Below, one piece after another: positions 19,065-29,074 of a DNA stretch of 64,000 bases. A model generated the notes under the pieces. It searched no databases. It had not been told where the DNA came from and was given only the letters and a program-made list of their open reading frames with translations. The translations under genes were made by a program, and so were the position numbers. Each line of letters opens with the position of its first letter. Within the stretch, counting starts at the first letter, position 1. Source of the DNA: an uncultured Calditrichaceae bacterium (GTDB lineage: Bacteria; Calditrichota; Calditrichia; RBG-13-44-9); NCBI GenBank assembly GCA_964387645.1, contig CAYLYM010000005.1:2508-66507 (forward strand), read 5' to 3'.

Positions 19065-20318
19065 ATGTCTAAAGGAATAATTCAATCGCAAAACAACAAA
19101 GTCAAACCGTTCTCCAGAAGGCGGTTTTTAAAACAAACCGGGTTGGCTGCTCTTTCCTTTACATTGATCAAATTAGATTTGGTAAAGGCAACAAAAGCCA
19201 ATTCTAAAATCCGTCTTGGAATGATTGGATGCGGTAAACGTGGTACTTGGATTGGTAAATTATTCCAGCAACACGGCGGTTTTGAAATAATGGCGGCGGC
19301 GGATTATTTTCAGGATAAGGTAGATCGTTTTGGAGAGCAGTTCAACATTTCTCCAAAGAAGCGTTTTACTGGGCTTGGTGGATATAAACGACTGATGGAA
19401 GAAAATATTGACGCTGTTGCCATTGAAAGTCCGCCATATTTCCACCCGGAACAGGCTGCGGTAGCTGTAGAGGCCGGTGTTCATGTTTACCTGGCTAAAC
19501 CTGTCGCTGTAGATGTCCCTGGTTGTAAGTTAATTGAAAGGAGTGGAAAGGAAGCTACTCGTAAGAATTTATGTTTTTTAATCGACTTCCAGACGCGCGC
19601 TAATGAATTTTACATCGAAGCTATCAGGAGGGTGCACAAAGGTGCCATTGGTCAGTTCGCCTTCGGTGAAGCCAGTTACCATGCTGAAAGCCCCTGGACG
19701 CACTTTTATGATATTCTCAAGGCCGATCCGAAAAATCCTGAAAATCGCTTGCGCGCCTGGGGATTGGATCGAGCATTCTCTGGCGATATTATCACCGAAC
19801 AAAATATTCACGCACTGGATGTGATGAGTTGGATAATGAACCAAGAACCCGTTTCGGCCTGGGGTACTGGTGGCCATAAGGTTCGCCAGGATGTGGGAAA
19901 TTGCTGGGATTATTTTGCAGTGTTATTCAAATACCCCAATAATGTTGGAATAACATTTAGTTCACGGCAATTCAAAGGCTATGATAGCCCGGGAGGGATT
20001 AAGAACCGCATGTTTGGATCGAAGGGAGTTTTAGAGGCTCAATATGGCGGTCAGGTGCTTATACGCGGTGAAAATTTTTACCGAGGTGGTAAAACCAATC
20101 AAATTTACCGCCAGGGAGCGGTAAATAATATTGCAACATTCTACAAAAATATCACTGATGGCTATTTCGAAAACCTAACTGTGGCCCCAAGTGTTCGGAG
20201 TAACCTGATTACCATCCTTGGCCGCACTGCCGCCTATGAAAATCGTGAAGTTTCCTGGGGAGAAATTTTGAAATCCGAGGAAAGATTAGAACCTAATTTG
20301 AAAGGATTGAAAATCTAA
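19065..20318 (+). CDS. Gfo/Idh/MocA-family NAD(P)-dependent oxidoreductase with twin-arginine signal
   Basis: SRRRFLKQTGLAALSF Tat motif; Rossmann IRLGMIGCGKRG; EKP-like motif region. Confidence 0.75.
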   Translation: MSKGIIQSQNNKVKPFSRRRFLKQTGLAALSFTLIKLDLVKATKANSKIRLGMIGCGKRGTWIGKLFQQHGGFEIMAAADYFQDKVDRFGEQFNISPKKRFTGLGGYKRLMEENIDAVAIESPPYFHPEQAAVAVEAGVHVYLAKPVAVDVPGCKLIERSGKEATRKNLCFLIDFQTRANEFYIEAIRRVHKGAIGQFAFGEASYHAESPWTHFYDILKADPKNPENRLRAWGLDRAFSGDIITEQNIHALDVMSWIMNQEPVSAWGTGGHKVRQDVGNCWDYFAVLFKYPNNVGITFSSRQFKGYDSPGGIKNRMFGSKGVLEAQYGGQVLIRGENFYRGGKTNQIYRQGAVNNIATFYKNITDGYFENLTVAPSVRSNLITILGRTAAYENREVSWGEILKSEERLEPNLKGLKI

Positions 20319-20487
20319 ATCGTAATAAGCACATTTAATAATTTATCTTGGAGATAATTTTTTTCACCCTTTCAAGAATTGAAAGATACTATTCTCTTTA
20401 GTTTTTACTTAATAGACAATATATCTTTTTTTAGAACCAAAAATTTAAGATTTATTCGATTTTAAAAATCGTTAGGAGGATGTAGAA

Positions 20488-22326
20488 ATGAATATTCGGA
20501 ATTACTTTTTTGTTTCAACTGTAATTTTGATTTTCATTCTTTTTACCTTTTCTACTTTCCAAGGATTTTCTCAAGATCTTACCATTCCCAAAGTTTCAAA
20601 AGAGGATATCATTTGTTTCGCTTTATACACAGTACATAATAATGTACTAAAACTAACTGCTCAATTATATCCATTGAGTACCACTGATGATCGGGTTGTG
20701 CGCTTGGAAATAAAGAAAGGTGATAAATGGGTTGAAATTGCCAGAACCAGAGTGATTGAAGCTGGTTGGATAGCGCCCTTTCGGGTGGAGAATTGGGATA
20801 TGACCAGTGATTATGAATATCGGGTTTGTCATGGCACTTCAGCCTACTATACCGGAATTATAAAACATGATCCGATAGAGAAAGAAGAAATAGTCATAGC
20901 TGCGTTTACTGGAAATTCGATCAATCCGAAACATGGGGGTGATATTCCCAAAACAGATATCATTAATAATATTAAAAAGATTAAGCCGGACTTGTTATTT
21001 TTTTCGGGTGACCAGGTTTATAACCATAAAAAGCATTTAGCAGCCTGGCTAAAATTCGGACGAGATTTTGGGGAAATTATTCGAAACATACCCACTGTCA
21101 CCATTCCGGATGACCACGATGTGGGTCAGGCAAATTTATGGGGAGCTGGCGGCAAGAAGTCCAAAACCATGGCAGGTAATGATGGAGGGTATTTTGCACC
21201 GGTGGAATATGTTAATATGGTGCAACGGGCGCAAACCAGTCATCTTCCCGATCCTTACGATCCAACACCAATTCAGCGGGGTATTACTGTTTACTACACT
21301 GCTCTGCGAATTGGTAGGGTGAGCTTTGCCATAATTGAAGATCGGAAATGGAAGTCTGGACCCAAAGGTCTTGTTCCTCAAATGGGACCACGTCCCGACC
21401 ATATTACTGATCCAAATTATGATCCCAGGAGCCTGGATGTTCCTGGTGCAGTCCTTCTGGGTGAAAGACAGCTCAGGTTTTTAAGAGAATGGGCACAAGA
21501 TTGGACCAATGCTGATTTTAAATGTGTGCTTTCGCAAACTGTTTTTGCCGGAGCAGCTCATCTGCATGGAAACAGACACAATCGACTTTATGCCGATTTG
21601 GATTCCAATGGTTGGCCACAATCGGGTAGAAACCGGGCTTTACGGGAAATGCGAAAAGCTTTTGCCTTCCATATCTGCGGAGATCAACATTTAGCAACAG
21701 TCATCCATCATGGGATTGATGACTGGAATGATGCCATATATTCTTTCTCTGTTCCTTCAATCGCTAATCTTTATCTGCGCTGGTGGGCTCCGCTTGAACC
21801 AGGAAAAAATCGGACACCTGGAATGCCGGAGTTTTTGGGAGAATTCAAGGACGGATTGGGCAATAAGATTACTATGTTAGCAGTAGCCAATCCCAGCCCA
21901 GAAGAAAATCACGATAAACTAACTACCCGGGCAGCAGGCTTTGGTGTGGTCCGATTTAATTGCAAATCGAGAGAAATTACCGTAGAATGTTGGCCAAGGA
22001 AAGTGGATGTTTCTGATCCGAATGCCAGACAATATCCTGGATGGCCAATTACTATTAAACAAGAAGATAATTATGGTAAAAAACCTGCAGCATATTTACC
22101 CTGTCTGGAAATTACTGGACAACAAAATCCAGTTGTCCAGGTAATTGATGAGGAAAGTAACGAAATTGTTTACACCATTCGAATTCCTGGAAATACCTAT
22201 CGGCCAAAAGTGTTTAAAAAAGGACTTTATACAATAAAAATTGGAGAAAAAGGGTCACAGAAAGTTTTAAGGCATGTTCATTCTATTGGATTAAATGAAA
22301 GAAAAACTATTAGAGTCCAATTATGA
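20488..22326 (+). CDS. PhoD-like secreted metallophosphatase
   Basis: Signal peptide; metallophosphoesterase motifs FFSGDQVY and PDDHDVG; size 612 aa. Confidence 0.5.
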   Translation: MNIRNYFFVSTVILIFILFTFSTFQGFSQDLTIPKVSKEDIICFALYTVHNNVLKLTAQLYPLSTTDDRVVRLEIKKGDKWVEIARTRVIEAGWIAPFRVENWDMTSDYEYRVCHGTSAYYTGIIKHDPIEKEEIVIAAFTGNSINPKHGGDIPKTDIINNIKKIKPDLLFFSGDQVYNHKKHLAAWLKFGRDFGEIIRNIPTVTIPDDHDVGQANLWGAGGKKSKTMAGNDGGYFAPVEYVNMVQRAQTSHLPDPYDPTPIQRGITVYYTALRIGRVSFAIIEDRKWKSGPKGLVPQMGPRPDHITDPNYDPRSLDVPGAVLLGERQLRFLREWAQDWTNADFKCVLSQTVFAGAAHLHGNRHNRLYADLDSNGWPQSGRNRALREMRKAFAFHICGDQHLATVIHHGIDDWNDAIYSFSVPSIANLYLRWWAPLEPGKNRTPGMPEFLGEFKDGLGNKITMLAVANPSPEENHDKLTTRAAGFGVVRFNCKSREITVECWPRKVDVSDPNARQYPGWPITIKQEDNYGKKPAAYLPCLEITGQQNPVVQVIDEESNEIVYTIRIPGNTYRPKVFKKGLYTIKIGEKGSQKVLRHVHSIGLNERKTIRVQL

Positions 22327-22370
22327 TTCTTTTTCTCAAAAAAAATCAAAATTAATTTTTTGAGGTTGGA

Positions 22371-22745
22371 ATGGAAAAACATATAACATTAGTAGCAGCA
22401 TTGCATATAGCATTTAGTATATTAGGCCTTTTTCTTGCTGCAATTTTTTTCATTGCTGTTGTTGGTGGGGGTCTTCTTTCTGGTGACGATGATGCCATAA
22501 CAATAACCGCGATTGTTGGTGGCATGGTTTTGCTGTTTATTTTTATTCTCTCGATACCTGGTATCATCGGTGGAATCGGCCTTTTAAAAAGAGCTACCTG
22601 GTCCAGGATTTTAATGTTAGTTATTGCTTTTTTAGAATTGATCAATATTCCATTTGGGACAATTCTTGGCGTTTATTCCATCTGGGTGCTTGTAGATGAA
22701 AAAACGGTGGAACTTTTTGAAAAGAATTCAGAAAAACAAAGCTAA
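22371..22745 (+). CDS. small integral membrane protein, hypothetical
   Basis: 3-4 predicted TM helices, Gly-rich. Confidence 0.4.
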   Translation: MEKHITLVAALHIAFSILGLFLAAIFFIAVVGGGLLSGDDDAITITAIVGGMVLLFIFILSIPGIIGGIGLLKRATWSRILMLVIAFLELINIPFGTILGVYSIWVLVDEKTVELFEKNSEKQS

Positions 22746-23362
22746 CTGGTAGATTGTTCATCAAAATGTTTTTCCTAATTGTTCTATTCTAATCAAAATA
22801 AACTTGATGAACCTGCTTGTTTTTTATAGTATATGTATAACGATACGTCTAATCGTATTGCTATGGTTTATGTAAAAGGACTTTAGCGATTCAGGGGATC
22901 ATTCTCATTGATTTATTCTATATAACGTTTGAATAGGAAGGTAAAGTAATCAACTAAATTGCTTTTACAATCTCAGATTAAAAAGCAAATTCTTATACTT
23001 TCTCCGATTAACGATTTTCATCTCGGTAAATTAAACTCCTATCTGACCCGGCGGGTACAAAGTATTTTCTTTCTATATAATGAACAAAAATATTTGGTGG
23101 TATCTATTCTCTGATCTACAGATAAATAAATATCTAATCTTAAAACCAGTGATATAGGGAATAAAAAAACAATTTTTTCTTTTCAGAAATTATCCTAATT
23201 TGAAATTCTGTAAAGAGTATTTATTGAGTACGAAAATGACCTGAACTTCGGTAGCCAGTGAAATCAACCATAAGTTTGTTTTCCTAACGGGTGCTTCATC
23301 CGGAATGGGCCAGGCATGCATACTTCACTTAGCTGACTTGGGTTACCGTTACACCCGGTTTA

Positions 23363-24462
23363 ATGAATATTTCTAATGGTCGGTTACATGCGGTAACTAA
23401 ACTTACTGATGGTTGGACGCGCTTTGACTGGTTTGTTAGTTATCCAATTAACAATTATAATATTACATTTAATATTGGCAAATTTGCTCATTTTAGTGAT
23501 GTTTATGAAGGAGCAGAAAAGCTTAAATTAGATTATTACATTATGCCAGAAAACCTTGAAAAAGCCCGAAAACAATTTGCCCAGGTAAAAAGTATGCTTG
23601 CTTTGAAAAGTATTTTAGACCTTACCCCTTCCCCGGTGATGGTTACAAACTTATTGAAGTACCCCCTCCTTGGAATGGAATACCAATCCGCTGTTGTCTA
23701 TGGAAATCAATACCTGAACGGCGTCCGCGGCGGTTCAATTACCGATGTGGGGTTACTTTTTGATTTTATCATCATTCACAAAAGCGCTCTTGAATGGTGG
23801 GGTGATAGTGTAACCGCAAAAGACATTGCTGATATGTGGATTCATGAGAGCCTGGCAACCTATGCCGAACCGTTTTTTATGGAATACCAATGGGATTATG
23901 ATGCAGCCATGAAGTATTTTGAGGGTAAAAAGCAAGAAGTCTGTATGACGCTCATGTCATTGGACCGCATGGAGTTTATCAAGAGGGTTCTGGCAATATG
24001 TATCACAGAGGAAGTTTAATGTGGAATACCCTGCGCCATATCCTTGATGATGATGAACTCTGGTTTTCCCTTTTGCGAGATATGACCAAAACATTCAAAT
24101 ATCAGACAGTGGATGCGGAGGATATTTTCAATTTTGTAAATGAAAAAACCGGTATTGACTTTTCCTATCTATTTGATCAGTATCTGAAACAGGTCAATTT
24201 ACCACAGTTAGACGTTTTACTTATTGTTCAGGGCGATAGCATGAAATTTATTTATTAATGGAAAGCGGATACTGAGAATTTCAGGATGCCAGTGAAAGTA
24301 ACGACTTCGAAGGGGAAATTTGAATTTATTTATACTGAAACGTTCTCTAAACGGATGACGCTTAAAAACATGAAACCAGAAGATTTCCAGGTCGCTCAGA
24401 GCCGGTTTTTCATTGAAGTAAGAATCCGAACGAAATATCTTTTGCCTGAGGTAACTCAGTAG
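23363..24462 (+). pseudogene. decayed M1-family (aminopeptidase N-like) metallopeptidase remnant
   Basis: GMEYQSAVVYG aligns with GAMEN. IIIHKSALEWWGDSVT…DMWIHESLATYAE aligns with HEXXH-WFGNLVT…NEGFATY, with the zinc ligands lost (HEXXH became HKSAL). Frame shifts at the A5 run 23927-23931. In-frame TAA at 24256-24258 with similarity continuing after it. No intact N-terminal ~250 aa upstream. Confidence 0.55.
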
Positions 24463-24643
24463 ATCCCAATAGAATCGTTTTTTAGGGAATCTTTTTTAGC
24501 TGGGGAAACATTTATAATTCTAACGAAAAGCAGGAATTTAAAAGCAAAATGACGAAACTGTTTTTTTTCCTTTTCTTGAGATTTTCATAATAATCCTTTA
24601 CTTTTTATCTTAGTTTACAAGATTAATTGAAGGAGTATAAAAT

Positions 24644-26743
24644 ATGAAGAAAATGTTGATTTTACTTATCTGTCTGCTTCTCAATTCATGGTTATTGGCC
24701 GAGAAAAAGGCTTTCACGATTGAGGACCTTTACCATTTGAAAAGTGTAAGCGATCCTCAGATATCTCCTGATGGGAAAAAGATTGCTTTTGTTGTTACAG
24801 AATATTTTTTAGAGAAAGGTGAGCGCAATTCTGAAATTTATTTGATAAATCTGGATGGTTCGAATTTGCGCCGGATGACTAATAATGAAGCGGCCGATTT
24901 CCGACCACGCTGGTCTCCTGACGGAAAAACACTGATATTTCTATCAAGTCGCGCCGAAGGTGTGCAGATTTGGGAAATGCCAGTAGATGGCGGCGAGCCG
25001 ACTCAGTTAACTCATTTTTATACAGGCGTGAGCAATGCGGAGTGTTCGCCGGATGGTAAAAGAATTGCGTTTACCAGTATGGTTTTACCCGAGTGCGGCG
25101 CGGATAATGATTGCAATAAAGAAATTCTTGAATCAATGAAAAATGGGCCATTACAGGCTCACATGGCCGATCATTTACTCTTTCGACACTGGAATTTCTG
25201 GAAAGATGGTAAACGTACTCACCTTTTTGTTTTTGATAAGGAAACCGAAGAGATCACTGATTTAACTCCAGGTGATTACGATTCTCCTTCCTTTTCTTTA
25301 GCTGGAGCTACCGGTTATGCTTTTTCTCCTGACGGAAAGGAAATTTGTTTTGTCTCTAACCGTGATAAAAACGAAGCGGAAACTACCAATAAAGATTTAT
25401 GGATCGTTCCTGTTACAGGTGGAGAGGCGAAGAATATTACCGATGATAATGAAGCTTACGATGGTGATCCGCAGTATTCGCCTGATGGACGCTATATTGC
25501 TTATCGTATGCAAAAAGTCCCAACTTTTGAATCCGATAAATTTCGGATTGCTTTATATGACCGAAAAACCGGTAAAAAACGGATCATCACTGATGATTTT
25601 GATTACTGGATGGACGACTTTACCTGGTCTCCCGATGGTAAATATATCTATTTCATTGGCGAGGTCATGGGCCATTTCCCGCTTTATCGATTAAATGTTA
25701 AAAATGGAGAAATTGTAAAAATTCTGGATGTGAAAACCATCAATGCCTTCGACATTACGCCGGATGGGAAAACGATTGTAGTTAGCCGACGGGCCATTGC
25801 TGAACCCACTGAAATCTGGTCCGCACCGGTAAAAGGAAAAGCTGAAGGGAAAAAGGCTACACGTCTCACTTTTTTTAACAAGGCCATTGAAGATACTGTT
25901 GATATCCGCCCAGCAGAAGAATTGTGGATTCCCAGTCCAACTGGTAGAAAAATTCACACTTTTCTCATCAAACCACACAATTTTGATCCGTCCAAGAAAT
26001 ATCCTTTAATCATCAATGTTCACGGTGGTCCTCAATCACAATGGGCGGATGCTTTTCGCGGAGATTGGCAGATCTATCCGGGAGCTGGGTATGTTTTAGC
26101 TTTCCCAAATCCTCATGGTTCTACCGGATATGGGCAGGAATTCACGAATGCCATATCAAAAGATTGGGGTGGTAAAGTATTCCAAGATGTTATGGCTGTC
26201 ACGGATTCAATCAGCCGTTTGGATTATGTGGATGAAAATCGTATGGGAGCAATGGGATGGTCATACGGCGGCTATATGATGATGTGGTTAGAGGGACATA
26301 CCAATCGTTTTAAAGCGATTGTTTCCATGATGGGCGTTTATAATTTAGAGTCAATGTACGGAACTACCGAAGAGTTATGGTTTCCGGAATGGGATTTGGG
26401 CGGAGCTCCATGGGAAAGTCCTGAAATCTATGAAAAATTTTCTCCTCATAAATATGTCAAAAATTTTAAGACACCTTGCCTGGTAATTACCGGGGAGAAA
26501 GATTTCAGGGTAAATTTCACGGAAAGTTTACAATTTTTCACCGCACTTCAAAAGATGGGTGTTCCTTCACGACTGATCGTTTACAAGAATGATGGTCACT
26601 GGCCGGATTATGTTAAATCCATGCCATTTTACTATAATGCTCATCTGGATTGGTTCCACAAGTATTTAGGTGGAGACCCTGCGCCTTATGATATGGTCAA
26701 GATGTGGCGTAATATGGCTTTCGATTCGGAAGAATCTAAATAA
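24644..26743 (+). CDS. S9-family serine peptidase (prolyl oligopeptidase/acylaminoacyl-peptidase-like) with TolB-like beta-propeller
   Basis: Signal peptide; propeller repeats (SPDGKKIAF, SPDGKTLIF, SPDGKRIAF…); catalytic GWSYGGYMMMW (GxSxGG); C-terminal Asp/His region. Confidence 0.8.
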   Translation: MKKMLILLICLLLNSWLLAEKKAFTIEDLYHLKSVSDPQISPDGKKIAFVVTEYFLEKGERNSEIYLINLDGSNLRRMTNNEAADFRPRWSPDGKTLIFLSSRAEGVQIWEMPVDGGEPTQLTHFYTGVSNAECSPDGKRIAFTSMVLPECGADNDCNKEILESMKNGPLQAHMADHLLFRHWNFWKDGKRTHLFVFDKETEEITDLTPGDYDSPSFSLAGATGYAFSPDGKEICFVSNRDKNEAETTNKDLWIVPVTGGEAKNITDDNEAYDGDPQYSPDGRYIAYRMQKVPTFESDKFRIALYDRKTGKKRIITDDFDYWMDDFTWSPDGKYIYFIGEVMGHFPLYRLNVKNGEIVKILDVKTINAFDITPDGKTIVVSRRAIAEPTEIWSAPVKGKAEGKKATRLTFFNKAIEDTVDIRPAEELWIPSPTGRKIHTFLIKPHNFDPSKKYPLIINVHGGPQSQWADAFRGDWQIYPGAGYVLAFPNPHGSTGYGQEFTNAISKDWGGKVFQDVMAVTDSISRLDYVDENRMGAMGWSYGGYMMMWLEGHTNRFKAIVSMMGVYNLESMYGTTEELWFPEWDLGGAPWESPEIYEKFSPHKYVKNFKTPCLVITGEKDFRVNFTESLQFFTALQKMGVPSRLIVYKNDGHWPDYVKSMPFYYNAHLDWFHKYLGGDPAPYDMVKMWRNMAFDSEESK

Positions 26744-26784
26744 ATGAAAATATCCTTTTGGACTGTTTGCTTACTTGAAGTTTG

Positions 26785-26817
26785 GGTTCCAATACCATTA
26801 CGTTGGAACTGTTTTTA
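26785..26817 (+). terminator. candidate rho-independent terminator
   Basis: ggttccaa-taccattacg-ttggaac stem-loop followed by tgttttt, ~40 nt after the stop. Confidence 0.4.
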
Positions 26818-27063
26818 AAATTATTGAATCTTGCATTTTATTTGGGAACATAACCCAATCAGTTTCTTTCTGTTTGATTAAAAAATAAACCATGAAAAGC
26901 ACAAAATGAAATTTGATAAGTTGTTTATTAAAATTATGGGGTATGTATCTAACTTCCTGGCCAGGTTTATTTGAATTTATTTATAAACAATGCCTGAAAA
27001 AGAAATGGATCTTTCAGGGATATCATTCAAATTAAAATTTCCTTATAGCAGTTAAATAAAAAA

Positions 27064-27153
27064 GGAATTGTGTTAGATTGTGAATATCGAATTGATTTAC
27101 TTGTTGAAGACAAACTTATTATTGTTGAATTCAAAGGTATAGAAAAAATATAA
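27064..27153 (+). pseudogene. remnant of a GxxExxY-family (PD-(D/E)XK-like) gene
   Basis: Translates to GIVLDCEYRIDLLVEDKLIIVEFKGIEKI*, matching the conserved core (…Y-RxDLLVEdkvIVExK…) of GxxExxY proteins. No start codon and no intact flanks. Confidence 0.3.
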
Positions 27154-27701
27154 CCTGTTTGTGGAACTTAAAAATTAACATACATGAAGTTAGCGAAAAT
27201 CAAAGTTGATTTAAGATAAATATCAATATGGAAGGATTGGTAGAAGGTATAAAAAATATTTGTTTTATAAAATCTTCGGGTATATCGTATATTTTGTGGT
27301 AAGATATTATTAAAACAAGGCATTAAAACTAATCACTTTTTATTTTCCGAAATAGCGGAACCCATATCAGTAAGTGTGCCAAATCGTAAGAGAATATAGA
27401 TTAAATAAAATGGAAATTTTTGTTTCATTCGTAGTAAAATTAAAAATTAAATAAATAATAATTGAGTTAGAAAATAAAAAAGTTAAGCTGTGTTTAGTTT
27501 TATTTTAAATGATAAATTTTTAGTTATTATGAATTTTTCAGTTTTGTTCGAAATGGTACACCTGTTTATTTGACTTTCAAGTGTGATGTCATTTAAAGTG
27601 ATTCGGCTGTTTTGGAATAGCTCGGAAACTATTTAATTTTTTTAAAAATCATATTTATAAACAAACATTATTATATTAATGATTAATATAAAAAATTTGA
27701 T

Positions 27702-28745
27702 ATGGTTAAAATGAAAAGGTCAGGTTGTCCCATACCTGAACATTTTGATGCAAATAAAGTAGGTAAAATCTGGCGAGTCGATTATGAAACACTTTCGATC
27801 GCCGCTCTGGATTTTGCTCGAAAACACTATATTCAACCGGCTGCAAAAGATAAAACAAGGATTTGTCTTCTGGCGGTTGATGTTCAAAATACCTTTTGCC
27901 TGCCCAATTTTGAGTTGTTTGTAGCGGGGCGTTCCGGTACCGGAGCGGTAGATGATACCCGAAGACTATGTGAATTTATCTATCGCAACCTGGACGTCAT
28001 TACTGAAATCTGTCCCACAATGGATACCCACCAGGCCTTGCAAATTTTCCATTCCATTTTTTTTATTAATGATAAAGGTGAACATCCAGGTCCTTATACA
28101 CTCATTACAGTGGAGGATATTCAGAAGGGTGTTTGGAAGGTTAATCCGGATGTTTGTCCGTTTTTAAATATGGATCATGAAAATGCCCAGAAGTATCTGT
28201 TACATTACACCAGAGAATTAAAATCCAGCGGTAAATACGTTTTAACCGTGTGGCCCTATCATGCCATGCTTGGCGGGATTGGTCATGCACTGGTTCCAGC
28301 ATTTGAAGAAGCCTTGTTCTTTCACAGTATCGCCCGCTATAGCCAGCCAGATTTTCAGATAAAGGGAAATCATCCTTTAACCGAGCACTATTCGGTATTT
28401 GGTCCTGAGGTAGAAAAGGGAGTGAATGGGGAAGTCATTGTGCAAAAAAATACCTATCTGATTGAAAAATTGATTCAATTCGATGCTGTGATTGTTGCCG
28501 GTCAGGCAAAAAGCCATTGCGTGGCATGGACCATTGAAGATTTGTTGAGCGATTTTTTAAAAATTGACCGCAAATTAGCAGAAAAAGTATATCTATTGGA
28601 AGATTGTACTTCGCCTGTTGTCATACCAGGGGTTGTGGATTATACCGATGAAGCGGCGGCTGCTTTTCGAAAATTTGTTGATGCTGGCATGCATGTGGTC
28701 AAATCCACTGATCCAATAGAATCCTGGGAAGGTTTCCCATTTTAA
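27702..28745 (+). CDS. isochorismatase-family (cysteine hydrolase) protein with N-terminal extension
   Basis: [14 protein letters not shown] (family motif) and …[11 protein letters not shown] (catalytic Cys region). Confidence 0.45.
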   Translation: MVKMKRSGCPIPEHFDANKVGKIWRVDYETLSIAALDFARKHYIQPAAKDKTRICLLAVDVQNTFCLPNFELFVAGRSGTGAVDDTRRLCEFIYRNLDVITEICPTMDTHQALQIFHSIFFINDKGEHPGPYTLITVEDIQKGVWKVNPDVCPFLNMDHENAQKYLLHYTRELKSSGKYVLTVWPYHAMLGGIGHALVPAFEEALFFHSIARYSQPDFQIKGNHPLTEHYSVFGPEVEKGVNGEVIVQKNTYLIEKLIQFDAVIVAGQAKSHCVAWTIEDLLSDFLKIDRKLAEKVYLLEDCTSPVVIPGVVDYTDEAAAAFRKFVDAGMHVVKSTDPIESWEGFPF

Positions 28746-29074
28746 ATCTTAATGTATTTGTTTGCAGTTTCTTGCCTCAAGTGAAAAAGTAATTGGGAGA
28801 AAAATCAAATTCTCTTCTCGTTTCTTTTATTTCCATTTCCTTCCGGATGTAAATTAATTTATTCCATTTTAAATTTCTCAATCTAATTAATCCTGACGAT
28901 TTTTATCGGAAAAAGCTAAATGAGTCGAGAATATATTGTTCCTGAACGGTTTCATGTTAAATCATTAACATTATTACTCCTGGAAAAATAAAGCAGATTT
29001 ATATTGTGTTATGAAAATATATTTTGTATTATTAGTGCTATCATTTTAATATTTATAACACAGGAGGTGATAAA

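Noticed and set aside
24317-26980. 16-mer tttgaatttatttata present at 24317 and 26965
   Set aside because: It is pure A/T sequence in an AT-rich genome. By rough estimate, several identical AT-only 16-mers are expected by chance in 64 kb
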